The translations under genes were made by a program, and so were the position numbers. Positions 35,133 through 42,639 of a stretch of 64,000 nucleotides of DNA are shown here, in pieces. Location: the NCBI GenBank assembly GCA_045539335.1, contig JAZQFD010000038.1:40-64039 (forward strand), written 5' to 3'. Numbering within the stretch: position 1 is the stretch's first letter; every line of letters begins with the position of its first letter. Under the pieces are notes generated by a model. The model was not told the origin of the DNA. It did no database searches and was given only the letters and a program-made list of their open reading frames with translations. This stretch comes from Eubacteriales bacterium. Lineage in GTDB: Bacteria; Bacillota; Clostridia; Oscillospirales; QAKW01.

Positions 35133-35987
35133 ATGATTCAATCCATCGGTGCACTTCATTCCCCCGGCGGTGCCACGCTCCTGAAAATGTGGAAGGTGCG
35201 GGTGCCGGCCGGCAAGCGGCCGTTGCAACGGCATTTTCATACTCGCTTTGAGATTACCTTCATCCTATCGGGCGGCGGTACCTACACCACCGACAGTGGC
35301 GAGCACCCTATGGAGGCGGGAGACGCCTTTGTGTTTGCCGGCAATGAATTTCATTGCATCTCTCAGGTGGCCGAGGAAGGGCTCACCATTATGAACCTGC
35401 ACTTTGAGCCTTATTTTTTGGAAGGGTTCAGCGAGGAGCATCTGAATGTATGCTATGCCCACTCCCCCGCCTTTTCCAATCGGATTCCCGCAAAAGATGC
35501 GGCCGATCTGCGCCCCTCCTTTTTCGCCATTCAAGCCGAGCTGGAGCAGCAGGGCGAGGAGTATCCCATGGCCATTCGCAGCCATCTGCAGCAGTTGATG
35601 ATCGCCCTTTTGAGAAACCATGGCTATGCGGACTCTCAAGCCCCTCGTCCTCAGATGCAAACGCTGATGGAGAGCCTTCGCTATATTGATTCCCATTTTA
35701 CCCAACCTCTGACCTTGGAGGATTTATCGAAGATCGCAGGACTGACGCCCCCTTATTATTCCGCCGCCTTTAAGCATGCCTTCAATCGCACCCCTTGGGA
35801 CTATATTTTAAATAAGCGGGTGGAATATGCCATTCATCTGCTTCTTTCTCAGCGGGATCAGAATATGCTGGAGATCGCCACTTTGGCCGGCTTCAACAAC
35901 ACCGCCAATTTCAATAAGCAATTCAAACGGCTCACCGGCATGACCCCCACGGCCTATCGCAATTCCAAGGGGCAGATCGTTCACTAA
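35133..35987 (+). CDS. AraC-family transcriptional regulator (cupin sensor plus HTH)
   Basis: N-terminal cupin (HFHTRFEITFILSG), C-terminal AraC HTH (IATLAGFNNTANFNKQFKRLTGMTPTAYR). It is divergent from the dehydratase operon. Confidence 0.85.
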   Translation: MIQSIGALHSPGGATLLKMWKVRVPAGKRPLQRHFHTRFEITFILSGGGTYTTDSGEHPMEAGDAFVFAGNEFHCISQVAEEGLTIMNLHFEPYFLEGFSEEHLNVCYAHSPAFSNRIPAKDAADLRPSFFAIQAELEQQGEEYPMAIRSHLQQLMIALLRNHGYADSQAPRPQMQTLMESLRYIDSHFTQPLTLEDLSKIAGLTPPYYSAAFKHAFNRTPWDYILNKRVEYAIHLLLSQRDQNMLEIATLAGFNNTANFNKQFKRLTGMTPTAYRNSKGQIVH

Positions 35988-36054
35988 AAATGCCTTGATT
36001 TTTTACCCCAACAGGTGTAGAATAACCTTCTACATATTATAAAGGAAGGAGTGG

Positions 36055-36717
36055 ATGCCATTGGATCTCATTTATCTGCCTCGGCTGGCGCTGGCGGCAG
36101 GTTTGGGTGTTTTGATCGGGATAGAGCGCAGTTTTCGCCGCAAGGAAGCGGGCGTGCGCACTCATGCCCTCTTTGCTCTTGCATCCGCTCTTTTTATGGT
36201 GCTCTCCAAATATGCCTTTTTTGATTTGGCGGGAGCGCTGGATGCAGACCCCACCATGATCGCTTGCCAGATCGTGATGGGCTTTAACTTTTTAGCGGCA
36301 GGGCTGATTTTCCGCACCCAAACCCCCGTTGCCTCCGGCATTCATACCGCCGCAGGACTTTGGGCAACCGTTGCCATCGGCATGGCTTGCGGCGGCGGAA
36401 TGGAGGGACTGGCCCTTCTTTCCACCCTCCTCCTCATCGCCCTGCAAATCTGGATCTACCGCTTTAATATCGGGCGTTCTGCCTATCCGGTGCAGGAGCT
36501 TCGCCTCACCGCCCGCAATACCTCCGCCGTCTGGAAAGCCTTCAGCCTTTGGCAGCATAAACACAAATTGGAGATCCTGGCCGCCCATTATCGGCGGGAT
36601 GAGAAATCCAATACCGTTACGATGACCCTGCAGACCCGCAGTCCCAAAGCCATCACCATGGAAGAAGCCTTGCGGTTCTATGATAAGAACGAAGAAGTTT
36701 TAGAAATCTCGGTTTAA
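36055..36717 (+). CDS. MgtC/SapB family membrane protein
   Basis: LGVLIGIERSFRRKEAGVRTHALFAL MgtC signature plus a C-terminal ACT-like soluble domain. Confidence 0.8.
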   Translation: MPLDLIYLPRLALAAGLGVLIGIERSFRRKEAGVRTHALFALASALFMVLSKYAFFDLAGALDADPTMIACQIVMGFNFLAAGLIFRTQTPVASGIHTAAGLWATVAIGMACGGGMEGLALLSTLLLIALQIWIYRFNIGRSAYPVQELRLTARNTSAVWKAFSLWQHKHKLEILAAHYRRDEKSNTVTMTLQTRSPKAITMEEALRFYDKNEEVLEISV

Positions 36718-36732
36718 AAAGGAGCAGATACC

Positions 36733-37452
36733 ATGACCGCACTCATTCAAACCATCACCGCCGCTTTTGACGGTCAAAATTTACTGGGCTATTTTCTACG
36801 CATTGCCGTTGCCACCCTTTGCGGGGTGCTTATCGGCTTGGAGCGCACCAAGCGTTCCAAAGAGGCAGGCGTGCGCACCCATAGTATCATCGCTTGCGCC
36901 TCAGCGCTGATTATGATTATCTCTAAATACGGCTTTGCCGATATGATCGATGCCGCCGGCAACGCTTTAGCGGGCACCCGAGGGGTGGATCCCTCCCGTA
37001 TTGCGGCGCAGGTCGTCAGCGGCATCAGCTTTTTGGGCGCCGGCGTGATCTTTAAAAACGGCAACACCGTGAAGGGCCTGACCACCGCCGCCGGCATTTG
37101 GGCAACGGCAGGTATCGGTCTTGCCTGCGGCGCCGGCATGTATTCGGTGGCCTTGATTGTGACGGTGCTGATCATTTTAGTTCAACTGCTGATGCATAAA
37201 TTCAGCATTGGCAACGATGCTTATTTCAACGGTGAGATCCGCATCTCCATGGTGGACTCCCCCGAAATTCGTGCGGCCCTGAAAGCCAAGCAAAAGGAAC
37301 TGGGGATCACCGTGACCAACACCCGCATTTCCGCCGGAGAGGGCGGCATCCTTTCCTTGGTATTGCAGGTGCGCTTAAAGCAGGACATTCCCTTTAAAGA
37401 GATTATGAAGTTTATGGATGAGCATCCCGAAATCAAATCCTTAAGCATTTAA
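36733..37452 (+). CDS. MgtC/SapB family membrane protein (tandem paralog)
   Basis: GVLIGLERTKRSKEAGVRTHSIIA signature. Same architecture as the preceding gene. Confidence 0.8.
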   Translation: MTALIQTITAAFDGQNLLGYFLRIAVATLCGVLIGLERTKRSKEAGVRTHSIIACASALIMIISKYGFADMIDAAGNALAGTRGVDPSRIAAQVVSGISFLGAGVIFKNGNTVKGLTTAAGIWATAGIGLACGAGMYSVALIVTVLIILVQLLMHKFSIGNDAYFNGEIRISMVDSPEIRAALKAKQKELGITVTNTRISAGEGGILSLVLQVRLKQDIPFKEIMKFMDEHPEIKSLSI

Positions 37453-37481
37453 GGGCTGTAAAAATATTCATCGCAAAAATT

Positions 37482-37522
37482 AAAAGAGCGACCAAGGGCA
37501 GCCCTTGGTCGCTCTTTTTTTA
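37482..37522. terminator. Bidirectional terminator between mgtC-like (+) and dockerin-EEP D1 (-)
   Basis: 14-bp stem AGAGCGACCAAGGG/CCCTTGGTCGCTCT flanked by A4 and T7. Confidence 0.85.
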
Positions 37523-38875
37523 TGTAATAACAAATTCGGCAAAGACGCCTAAATGATCGGAAACCCAATAGCCATTCCACTTTTCATCTGCGATGGTATA
37601 GTTGGGATTATAGCCGCCGAAATTCTCCAGTTCGTTGAGATTTTCGTCGTAGGTTTCTTCCATAACATTGTAGCGCACGCAGGTGGCATGCTGGATATCG
37701 TCGGTGAAAAAGATATCGCCACGAACCGGAATGGTGCCATCCTCTTGCACATTTCTGCCCCAGCGGGGGAAGGTGCCCTGCAACTGGCCCATCAGTTCGC
37801 CCACATCGGTAAAGGTGGTGGCCAGTTCATTGAAGAAGGGGGCATCGGATGGATTGCAATAATCCAGATTCATATCGCCCCCCATCACAATGGGGGCATC
37901 GCCGTATTTGGCAGTAAGCTCTGCCTGTTTGTTGTTCAGAAGATCTGCCACCGCCTTACCATAAAGAGTGGCTTCTGCATCGTCGAGATTGGGGCCATGG
38001 CAGTTGATGAAGTAAAACTCCTCGCCGGTATGGTTATCATGGAGCTTGACCCAAACGGCTTGGCGCTGGTTGCCGTCATAATAAAGACCTTCCTCATTGG
38101 CGGTAACCTCCGGAGCACCGAAATAGTGGCTCATAACATCGGGGGTCTCAGAAAACCAAAAATTACCTTTAACGGGATTACCATCGGCATCGGTGCAAAG
38201 GTCAAAGCGCTCATCATTCCAGAAAACGGCGGCATATTCTTCGATATAAAGCGGCATCTCCGCAGAAGAACCCGCCCCCTCCCGCTCATTCAGCGAAAGA
38301 TCCACACGGCAAACAATATGGTTTTCATACTCGCCGGCAGGGAAAATGGTCTGCTCAAACAAGGTGCGCCAGTCGGTCCAGCGATATTCCTGCAGACCGA
38401 TTACATCGGGCTGATACTTTTCCATCAAGAGGGGCATCCGTTGCATGCGGTATTTCTTAGCATCCAGCGGCCGAGAACCACCGCCGCCATGAAGAATGTT
38501 TTGGATCATAAATTTGACCCGATAATTCTCAAAATGATAAATGCCGGTCTTATCATGGGTAGCCACCACCGCATCGTCGGGAGCGGCTTCCAGTTCTACC
38601 TCCCAGCCTGCGGCCTTGCGAAGCAGCAGCACCGCATCGCTCATATCGGCGGCACCGTCCCCGGAAACAAACATGTTCTTTTCTTGCTTGACGCCGGCAT
38701 AAGATTGACCTGCCAACAGTCTTAAAGTAACGGCCGCATCCAAAATATCAATGGTCCCGTCTTGATTCACATCACCGGGGGTTATGGCAGCCGCCGAAGC
38801 AGCAGGCGCTCCCAGCCATGTTCCCATAAAGATCGCAAACGCCAGCAAAGTGGCCGTCAACTTCTTTCTTTTCAT
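37520..38875 (-). CDS. Secreted dockerin-like plus EEP-family phosphoesterase, paralog D1
   Basis: Signal peptide ...WLGAPAASAAA and dockerin-like GDVNQDGTIDILDAAVTLRLLAG. EEP blocks are IQNILH, LQEY, NCHG, GGDMN, RGDIFF and SDHL. The ATG is at 38875 (GTG at 38878 is possible). Confidence 0.85.
   Translation of the reverse strand: MKRKKLTATLLAFAIFMGTWLGAPAASAAAITPGDVNQDGTIDILDAAVTLRLLAGQSYAGVKQEKNMFVSGDGAADMSDAVLLLRKAAGWEVELEAAPDDAVVATHDKTGIYHFENYRVKFMIQNILHGGGGSRPLDAKKYRMQRMPLLMEKYQPDVIGLQEYRWTDWRTLFEQTIFPAGEYENHIVCRVDLSLNEREGAGSSAEMPLYIEEYAAVFWNDERFDLCTDADGNPVKGNFWFSETPDVMSHYFGAPEVTANEEGLYYDGNQRQAVWVKLHDNHTGEEFYFINCHGPNLDDAEATLYGKAVADLLNNKQAELTAKYGDAPIVMGGDMNLDYCNPSDAPFFNELATTFTDVGELMGQLQGTFPRWGRNVQEDGTIPVRGDIFFTDDIQHATCVRYNVMEETYDENLNELENFGGYNPNYTIADEKWNGYWVSDHLGVFAEFVIT
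38603..38776 (-). other. Dockerin-like module of D1 (aa ~35-92)
   Basis: The first repeat is canonical (D-V-N-Q-D-G-T-I-D-I-L-D plus helix). The second, VSGDGAADMSDAVLLLRKAAGW, is degenerate. Confidence 0.6.
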
Positions 38876-38897
38876 CACGATAATCCTTTCTATAAAC

Positions 38898-38928
38898 CAT
38901 TACTGCCTGCAAAAAGCAGGCAGTAATG
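38898..38928 (-). terminator. Hairpin between D2 and D1 (weak terminator)
   Basis: 13-bp stem CATTACTGCCTGC/GCAGGCAGTAATG. The minus-strand downstream tract is only GTTTAT. Confidence 0.4.
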
Positions 38929-38936
38929 AAAAAAGA

Positions 38937-40316
38937 TTAGGTTAATACAATATCGGCGCAGATTCCCAAGTGATCGGAAACCCAATAGCCGAAGCAACGG
39001 TCTTCCCCGTCCACGGTACCTTCAGGGTTAAAGCCGCCGAAGTTTTCCAGCTCATTAAGATTCTCGTCGTAGGTTTCTTCCAATACCTTATAATTGGCAA
39101 TCGATAAATCATCGTCGTTAAAGGTAAAGAAATAGTCGATACGGGCTTTAATGGTACCATCCGGCTGTACATTGCGGCTAAAATTGGGGAAGGTGCCCTG
39201 CATATTGCCGGTAGCCACTGCCAGATCCGTAAAGCCGTAGTTCACAAACTGGTCATAGGCAACTCGGTCGCAGGCCAGGGCATAATTTAAGTTAAAGTCG
39301 CCGCCCATAATAACGGGGGCTTCGCCGTACTTTTCAAAATACAACTGCACCCGATCATTGAGCAGCTTTACGGCGGGGATCAAACTCGCTTCTACACCGG
39401 CCGCCGTATCGCTGGCGTTGGGGCCGTGAACGGCATAGTAATAAAATTCTTTGCCGGTATGATTGTCGTGGAGTTTGACCCACACGCATTGGCGCTGACG
39501 GCCATCAATGTAGTTCCCTTCATCATCTTGCCCCACAGATTGGGTACAACCGAAATAAGTAGACATCACATCGGGAGTCTCGGAAAACCAGAAGTTGCCC
39601 TTAATGGCATTGCCCTCGCTATCCAGGCAAAGGTCAAACCGCTCGTCCTTCCAAAAGATTGCCATCTTTTCTTCGATGTACAAGGGCATCTCAGGGGTGG
39701 ATCCTGCGCCCTCCCGCTCGTTTAAAGAAAGGTCCACACGGCAAACGATATGGTTTTCATGAGTGCTGGCAGGGAAAATGGTATTTTCAAACAGGTTGTA
39801 CCAGTCACTCCACCGATACTCCTGCACGCTGCAAATATCCGGCTGATATTTGCCCATCAAAACCGGCATCCGCTGCATGCGGTATTTCTTTTTGTCCAAC
39901 GCTCTGGCGCCGCCGCCTGCATGAAGAATATTCTGATTAAGCACCCGCATGGAATAATCATCGTAGTAATAGAACAGTGATTCCTCATGCTGGGCAACCG
40001 TTGCGTCCGATTGGGCCGCCTGCATTTCTACATCCCATCCGGCGGCATTGCGGAGCATCAGCACCACATCGGCCATATTGGCAACGCCGTCACCACTAAC
40101 AAACATACCCTTCTCTTGCTTGGTGCCATTATAAGCGGCACCGGAAAGCAACCGCAGGCTGACGGCAACATCCAAAATATTGGATACGCCATCTCCGTTT
40201 ACATCGCCGGGTACGATGGTAGCTGCTTGAGCCGGCAATTGAGCGACGCCCAAGGTGCCAACCAGCATCACTCCCGCCAAAAGCCCGCAGATTTTTCTTT
40301 TCATGGTGCCCATCAT
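38937..40316 (-). CDS. Secreted dockerin-like plus EEP-family phosphoesterase, paralog D2
   Basis: The start at 40316 (GGAGGA RBS, MMGTMKRKICGLLAG...) avoids overlap with D3. Dockerin-like GDVNGDGVSNILDVAVSLRLLSG. EEP blocks are NQNILH, VQEY, AVHG, GGDFN, RIDYFF and SDHL. Confidence 0.85.
   Translation of the reverse strand: MMGTMKRKICGLLAGVMLVGTLGVAQLPAQAATIVPGDVNGDGVSNILDVAVSLRLLSGAAYNGTKQEKGMFVSGDGVANMADVVLMLRNAAGWDVEMQAAQSDATVAQHEESLFYYYDDYSMRVLNQNILHAGGGARALDKKKYRMQRMPVLMGKYQPDICSVQEYRWSDWYNLFENTIFPASTHENHIVCRVDLSLNEREGAGSTPEMPLYIEEKMAIFWKDERFDLCLDSEGNAIKGNFWFSETPDVMSTYFGCTQSVGQDDEGNYIDGRQRQCVWVKLHDNHTGKEFYYYAVHGPNASDTAAGVEASLIPAVKLLNDRVQLYFEKYGEAPVIMGGDFNLNYALACDRVAYDQFVNYGFTDLAVATGNMQGTFPNFSRNVQPDGTIKARIDYFFTFNDDDLSIANYKVLEETYDENLNELENFGGFNPEGTVDGEDRCFGYWVSDHLGICADIVLT
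40032..40208 (-). other. Dockerin-like module of D2
   Basis: GDVNGDGVSNILDVAVSLRLLSG ... VSGDGVANMADVVLMLRNAAGW. Confidence 0.6.
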
Positions 40317-40335
40317 GGGATCCTCCACTTTCTTC

Positions 40336-41676
40336 TTATTCAAAGACCATTTCCGAAACGATTCCATAGTGGTCTGAGCAAACACCCTCTACCGTTACCG
40401 TTTGGCCGGTGGTAGAATCGGTATAGGTTGCAGGGGCCACATCCTTCACAACCTTATAGCTGACCACATTGGGCTTGCCGTTGGTAAAGAAATAGTCGAT
40501 GCGGTTCAGTGCGGTTCCGGGCTGCCCGTTCTTGTAATCGTTATAAGCACTGAAGGTGCCGCCTTCATCGCCCATCAGTACCGCCACGTCGGTAAGGTTT
40601 TCTCCTAAGGGCACATACGCCTCAGTGGTGGGATACAGGTTAAAGTCACCACTGATTACGGCCGGATAATCTCCTGCAATGCTCTTTAAGCGATCCACTA
40701 CCAACTGAGAAGATTTGGTGCGGGATTCAATGGTCGTGGAGGCATTCAAATGAGTGTCGAAATAATAGAAGATGTCACCGGTCAAATTATCCTTCAGCTT
40801 TACCCAGATACACAGACGGTTGCGGTTATCCACATAGTAGCTGACGGTGGTATCGTTGTAGGTGCCGGTTGCAATATCACTGTCCGTCAAGGTGGTATCA
40901 TGGGGCGCAGAGTTCACATCGGGAGTGGCGCTGAGCCAATAATGTCCCTGATCCAGGCAGGTGAACCGACTGGTCTTCCAGAAAATTGCCAAACGCTCAT
41001 CGGGCTGATAGGCCTCCTCGGGAACGCCGGTACCGCCACGGGCATAAGCCAAAGCCTTCGCCTCGGTTTCGGTATCCCGAGCAGGATCGGCACGGGTTAC
41101 CACATACTTACTGTAGACCGAAGGGTCTAGAATGGTGGTCGATGCATTAGTGCCTTCCCAAGCGGCGAACCAAGTACTATGCCGATACTCCTGCACACCG
41201 ATCACATCGGGGCTATACAGGGGGATGATTTTTTGGAATCGCTGAATACGGGCGGCGCGGCTATTGGGGTCTGCATCGTTGGAATGGCGGATGTTTTGGC
41301 TCATAAATTTCACATAGGCGCCGTAGTAGAAGACATGGTTATCCTCATTCTCCTCCACGGTAACACCGGAGGGGATACCGGACAATTCCACATCCCAACC
41401 GGCGGCCTTGCGAAGCAACAGAACTGCATCGCTCATATCAGCCACATTATCACCACTGACAAAAAGGCTCTCCTTTTGAACGGTACCGCCATAAGAAGCG
41501 CCGGAATACAGCCGCAAGGAAATGGCGGCATCCAACACGTTGACCTTACCGTCTTTATTCACATCACCGGGGGTCACAGTTGCCGCATGAGAGGAAAATT
41601 GCGTCATTCCCATCATACAAACCACCGTTACCACTCCGCAAAGAGCAGAAATTTTACGAATCCATGTGTTTTTCAT
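40336..41676 (-). CDS. Secreted dockerin-like plus EEP-family phosphoesterase, paralog D3 (most divergent)
   Basis: Signal peptide ...MTQFSSHAA and dockerin-like GDVNKDGKVNVLDAAISLRLYSG. EEP blocks are SQNIRH, VQEY, DTHL, SGDFN, RIDYFF and SDHY. GGAGG RBS is present. Confidence 0.85.
   Translation of the reverse strand: MKNTWIRKISALCGVVTVVCMMGMTQFSSHAATVTPGDVNKDGKVNVLDAAISLRLYSGASYGGTVQKESLFVSGDNVADMSDAVLLLRKAAGWDVELSGIPSGVTVEENEDNHVFYYGAYVKFMSQNIRHSNDADPNSRAARIQRFQKIIPLYSPDVIGVQEYRHSTWFAAWEGTNASTTILDPSVYSKYVVTRADPARDTETEAKALAYARGGTGVPEEAYQPDERLAIFWKTSRFTCLDQGHYWLSATPDVNSAPHDTTLTDSDIATGTYNDTTVSYYVDNRNRLCIWVKLKDNLTGDIFYYFDTHLNASTTIESRTKSSQLVVDRLKSIAGDYPAVISGDFNLYPTTEAYVPLGENLTDVAVLMGDEGGTFSAYNDYKNGQPGTALNRIDYFFTNGKPNVVSYKVVKDVAPATYTDSTTGQTVTVEGVCSDHYGIVSEMVFE
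41395..41568 (-). other. Dockerin-like module of D3
   Basis: GDVNKDGKVNVLDAAISLRLYSG ... VSGDNVADMSDAVLLLRKAAGW. Confidence 0.6.
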
Positions 41677-41777
41677 AATGCCTCCAACCTACAGTTTCAA
41701 AATTGTAGTAAATACTTACACATTGTGTATTTTACCACTTTATTTCCAAGATTGCAATAGTTTTTATGTAATTATAT

Positions 41778-41816
41778 ATAAAGAAAAGGCGTCTTTTTTC
41801 GATAAAAGACGCCTTT
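41778..41816 (-). terminator. Terminator closing the FAD-oxidoreductase/LbH operon
   Basis: 13-bp stem AAAGGCGTCTTTT/AAAAGACGCCTTT followed on the minus strand by TTTCTTTATAT. Confidence 0.75.
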
Positions 41817-41833
41817 GTGATCTGCAATTTATG

Positions 41834-41968
41834 CTATTGCAAGAACCGTTTGATGTTATTATGATAAATGTCCTCCAGCATGGAATCAGGAAGCCCCAAA
41901 GGGTGAAGCTCCATTCCCTCCACCGAAATGAGGGAAGAAATGTGAATATGGGCATCCAGTTTTTTCAT
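41834..41968 (-). CDS. 44-aa ORF translationally coupled (ATGA) to the LbH gene; possible remnant of an amidohydrolase
   Basis: I translated it as MKKLDAHIHISSLISVEGMELHPLGLPDSMLEDIYHNNIKRFLQ. It lies between the LbH stop and the terminator and is not in the ORF track. Confidence 0.3.
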   Translation of the reverse strand: MKKLDAHIHISSLISVEGMELHPLGLPDSMLEDIYHNNIKRFLQ

Positions 41969-42639
41969 TCTTTTTTCCTCTTTTCCACAATCTCGCCCTG
42001 CTTTTTATAGATGGAATCCGCCGCCACGGTGCCCCGCACCATGGACAAAGGATACACCACCGTGTTGCGGCCGATCACCGTGCCGGGATTGAGCACACTA
42101 TTGCAGCCGATATCGGCGCCATCCCCTAAGATAGCACCGAATTTCCGAAGGCCGGTTTCCACCCGCTCCCCCTGATGGTGAACGGGAACCGGACCATGGT
42201 CACTGCGGAAATTGGAAAGCACCACCCCTGCGCCGGTATGGGCTTTATAGCCCAAAATAGAGTCTCCCACATAATTGAAATGGGGCACCTCCACCTCATC
42301 AAACAGGATGGCATTTTTCACCTCGGTGGAGTTTCCCACCACCGCCCCTTTGCCGATGAGGGCACTCTCTCGCAGATAGGCGCAATGACGCACCCGGGCA
42401 TGGGCGCCGATGATGATCCCCTCCCCCAAAAATGCAGTCGGCGCCACCGAAGCGGTCTTATGAACCCAAACGGTAGGCAGGGGTTGGTCATACTCCTCCA
42501 AGGAAAGGCTTTTTCCCAGCTCCAAGATAAATTCTTTTAATGGAGCAAGGGCTTCCCAAGGGAAACCCGCCCGCTCCAATAAGGAGCGGGCGTCGGTTTT
42601 TTCAAGATTTAATAAACTGGTGACATAAAGATTGTTCAT
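41965..42639 (-). CDS. Left-handed beta-helix (hexapeptide-repeat) protein, GlmU C-terminal-like acyltransferase
   Basis: Reiterated [LIV]-G-x-x-x-x hexapeptides (IGAHARVRHCAYLRESALIGKGAVVGNSTEVKNAILFDEVEV...). The start overlaps the upstream stop. Confidence 0.7.
   Translation of the reverse strand: MNNLYVTSLLNLEKTDARSLLERAGFPWEALAPLKEFILELGKSLSLEEYDQPLPTVWVHKTASVAPTAFLGEGIIIGAHARVRHCAYLRESALIGKGAVVGNSTEVKNAILFDEVEVPHFNYVGDSILGYKAHTGAGVVLSNFRSDHGPVPVHHQGERVETGLRKFGAILGDGADIGCNSVLNPGTVIGRNTVVYPLSMVRGTVAADSIYKKQGEIVEKRKKE

Noticed and set aside
40317-40385. 50-nt overlap between D3 (stop at 40336) and the long form of D2 (start at 40385).
   Set aside because: An internal ATG at 40316 with a GGAGGA RBS gives a normal signal peptide (MMGTMKRKICGLLAG...) and removes the overlap. 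The upstream 23 codons are hydrophilic and unlike a signal peptide.
41666-42010. ORFs 41666-42010 (+, 114 aa) and 41764-41955 (-, 63 aa) in the AT-rich spacer upstream of D3.
   Set aside because: Both cross the strong 41785-41816 terminator hairpin or the LbH gene end. Both lack RBSs and have no recognisable similarity.
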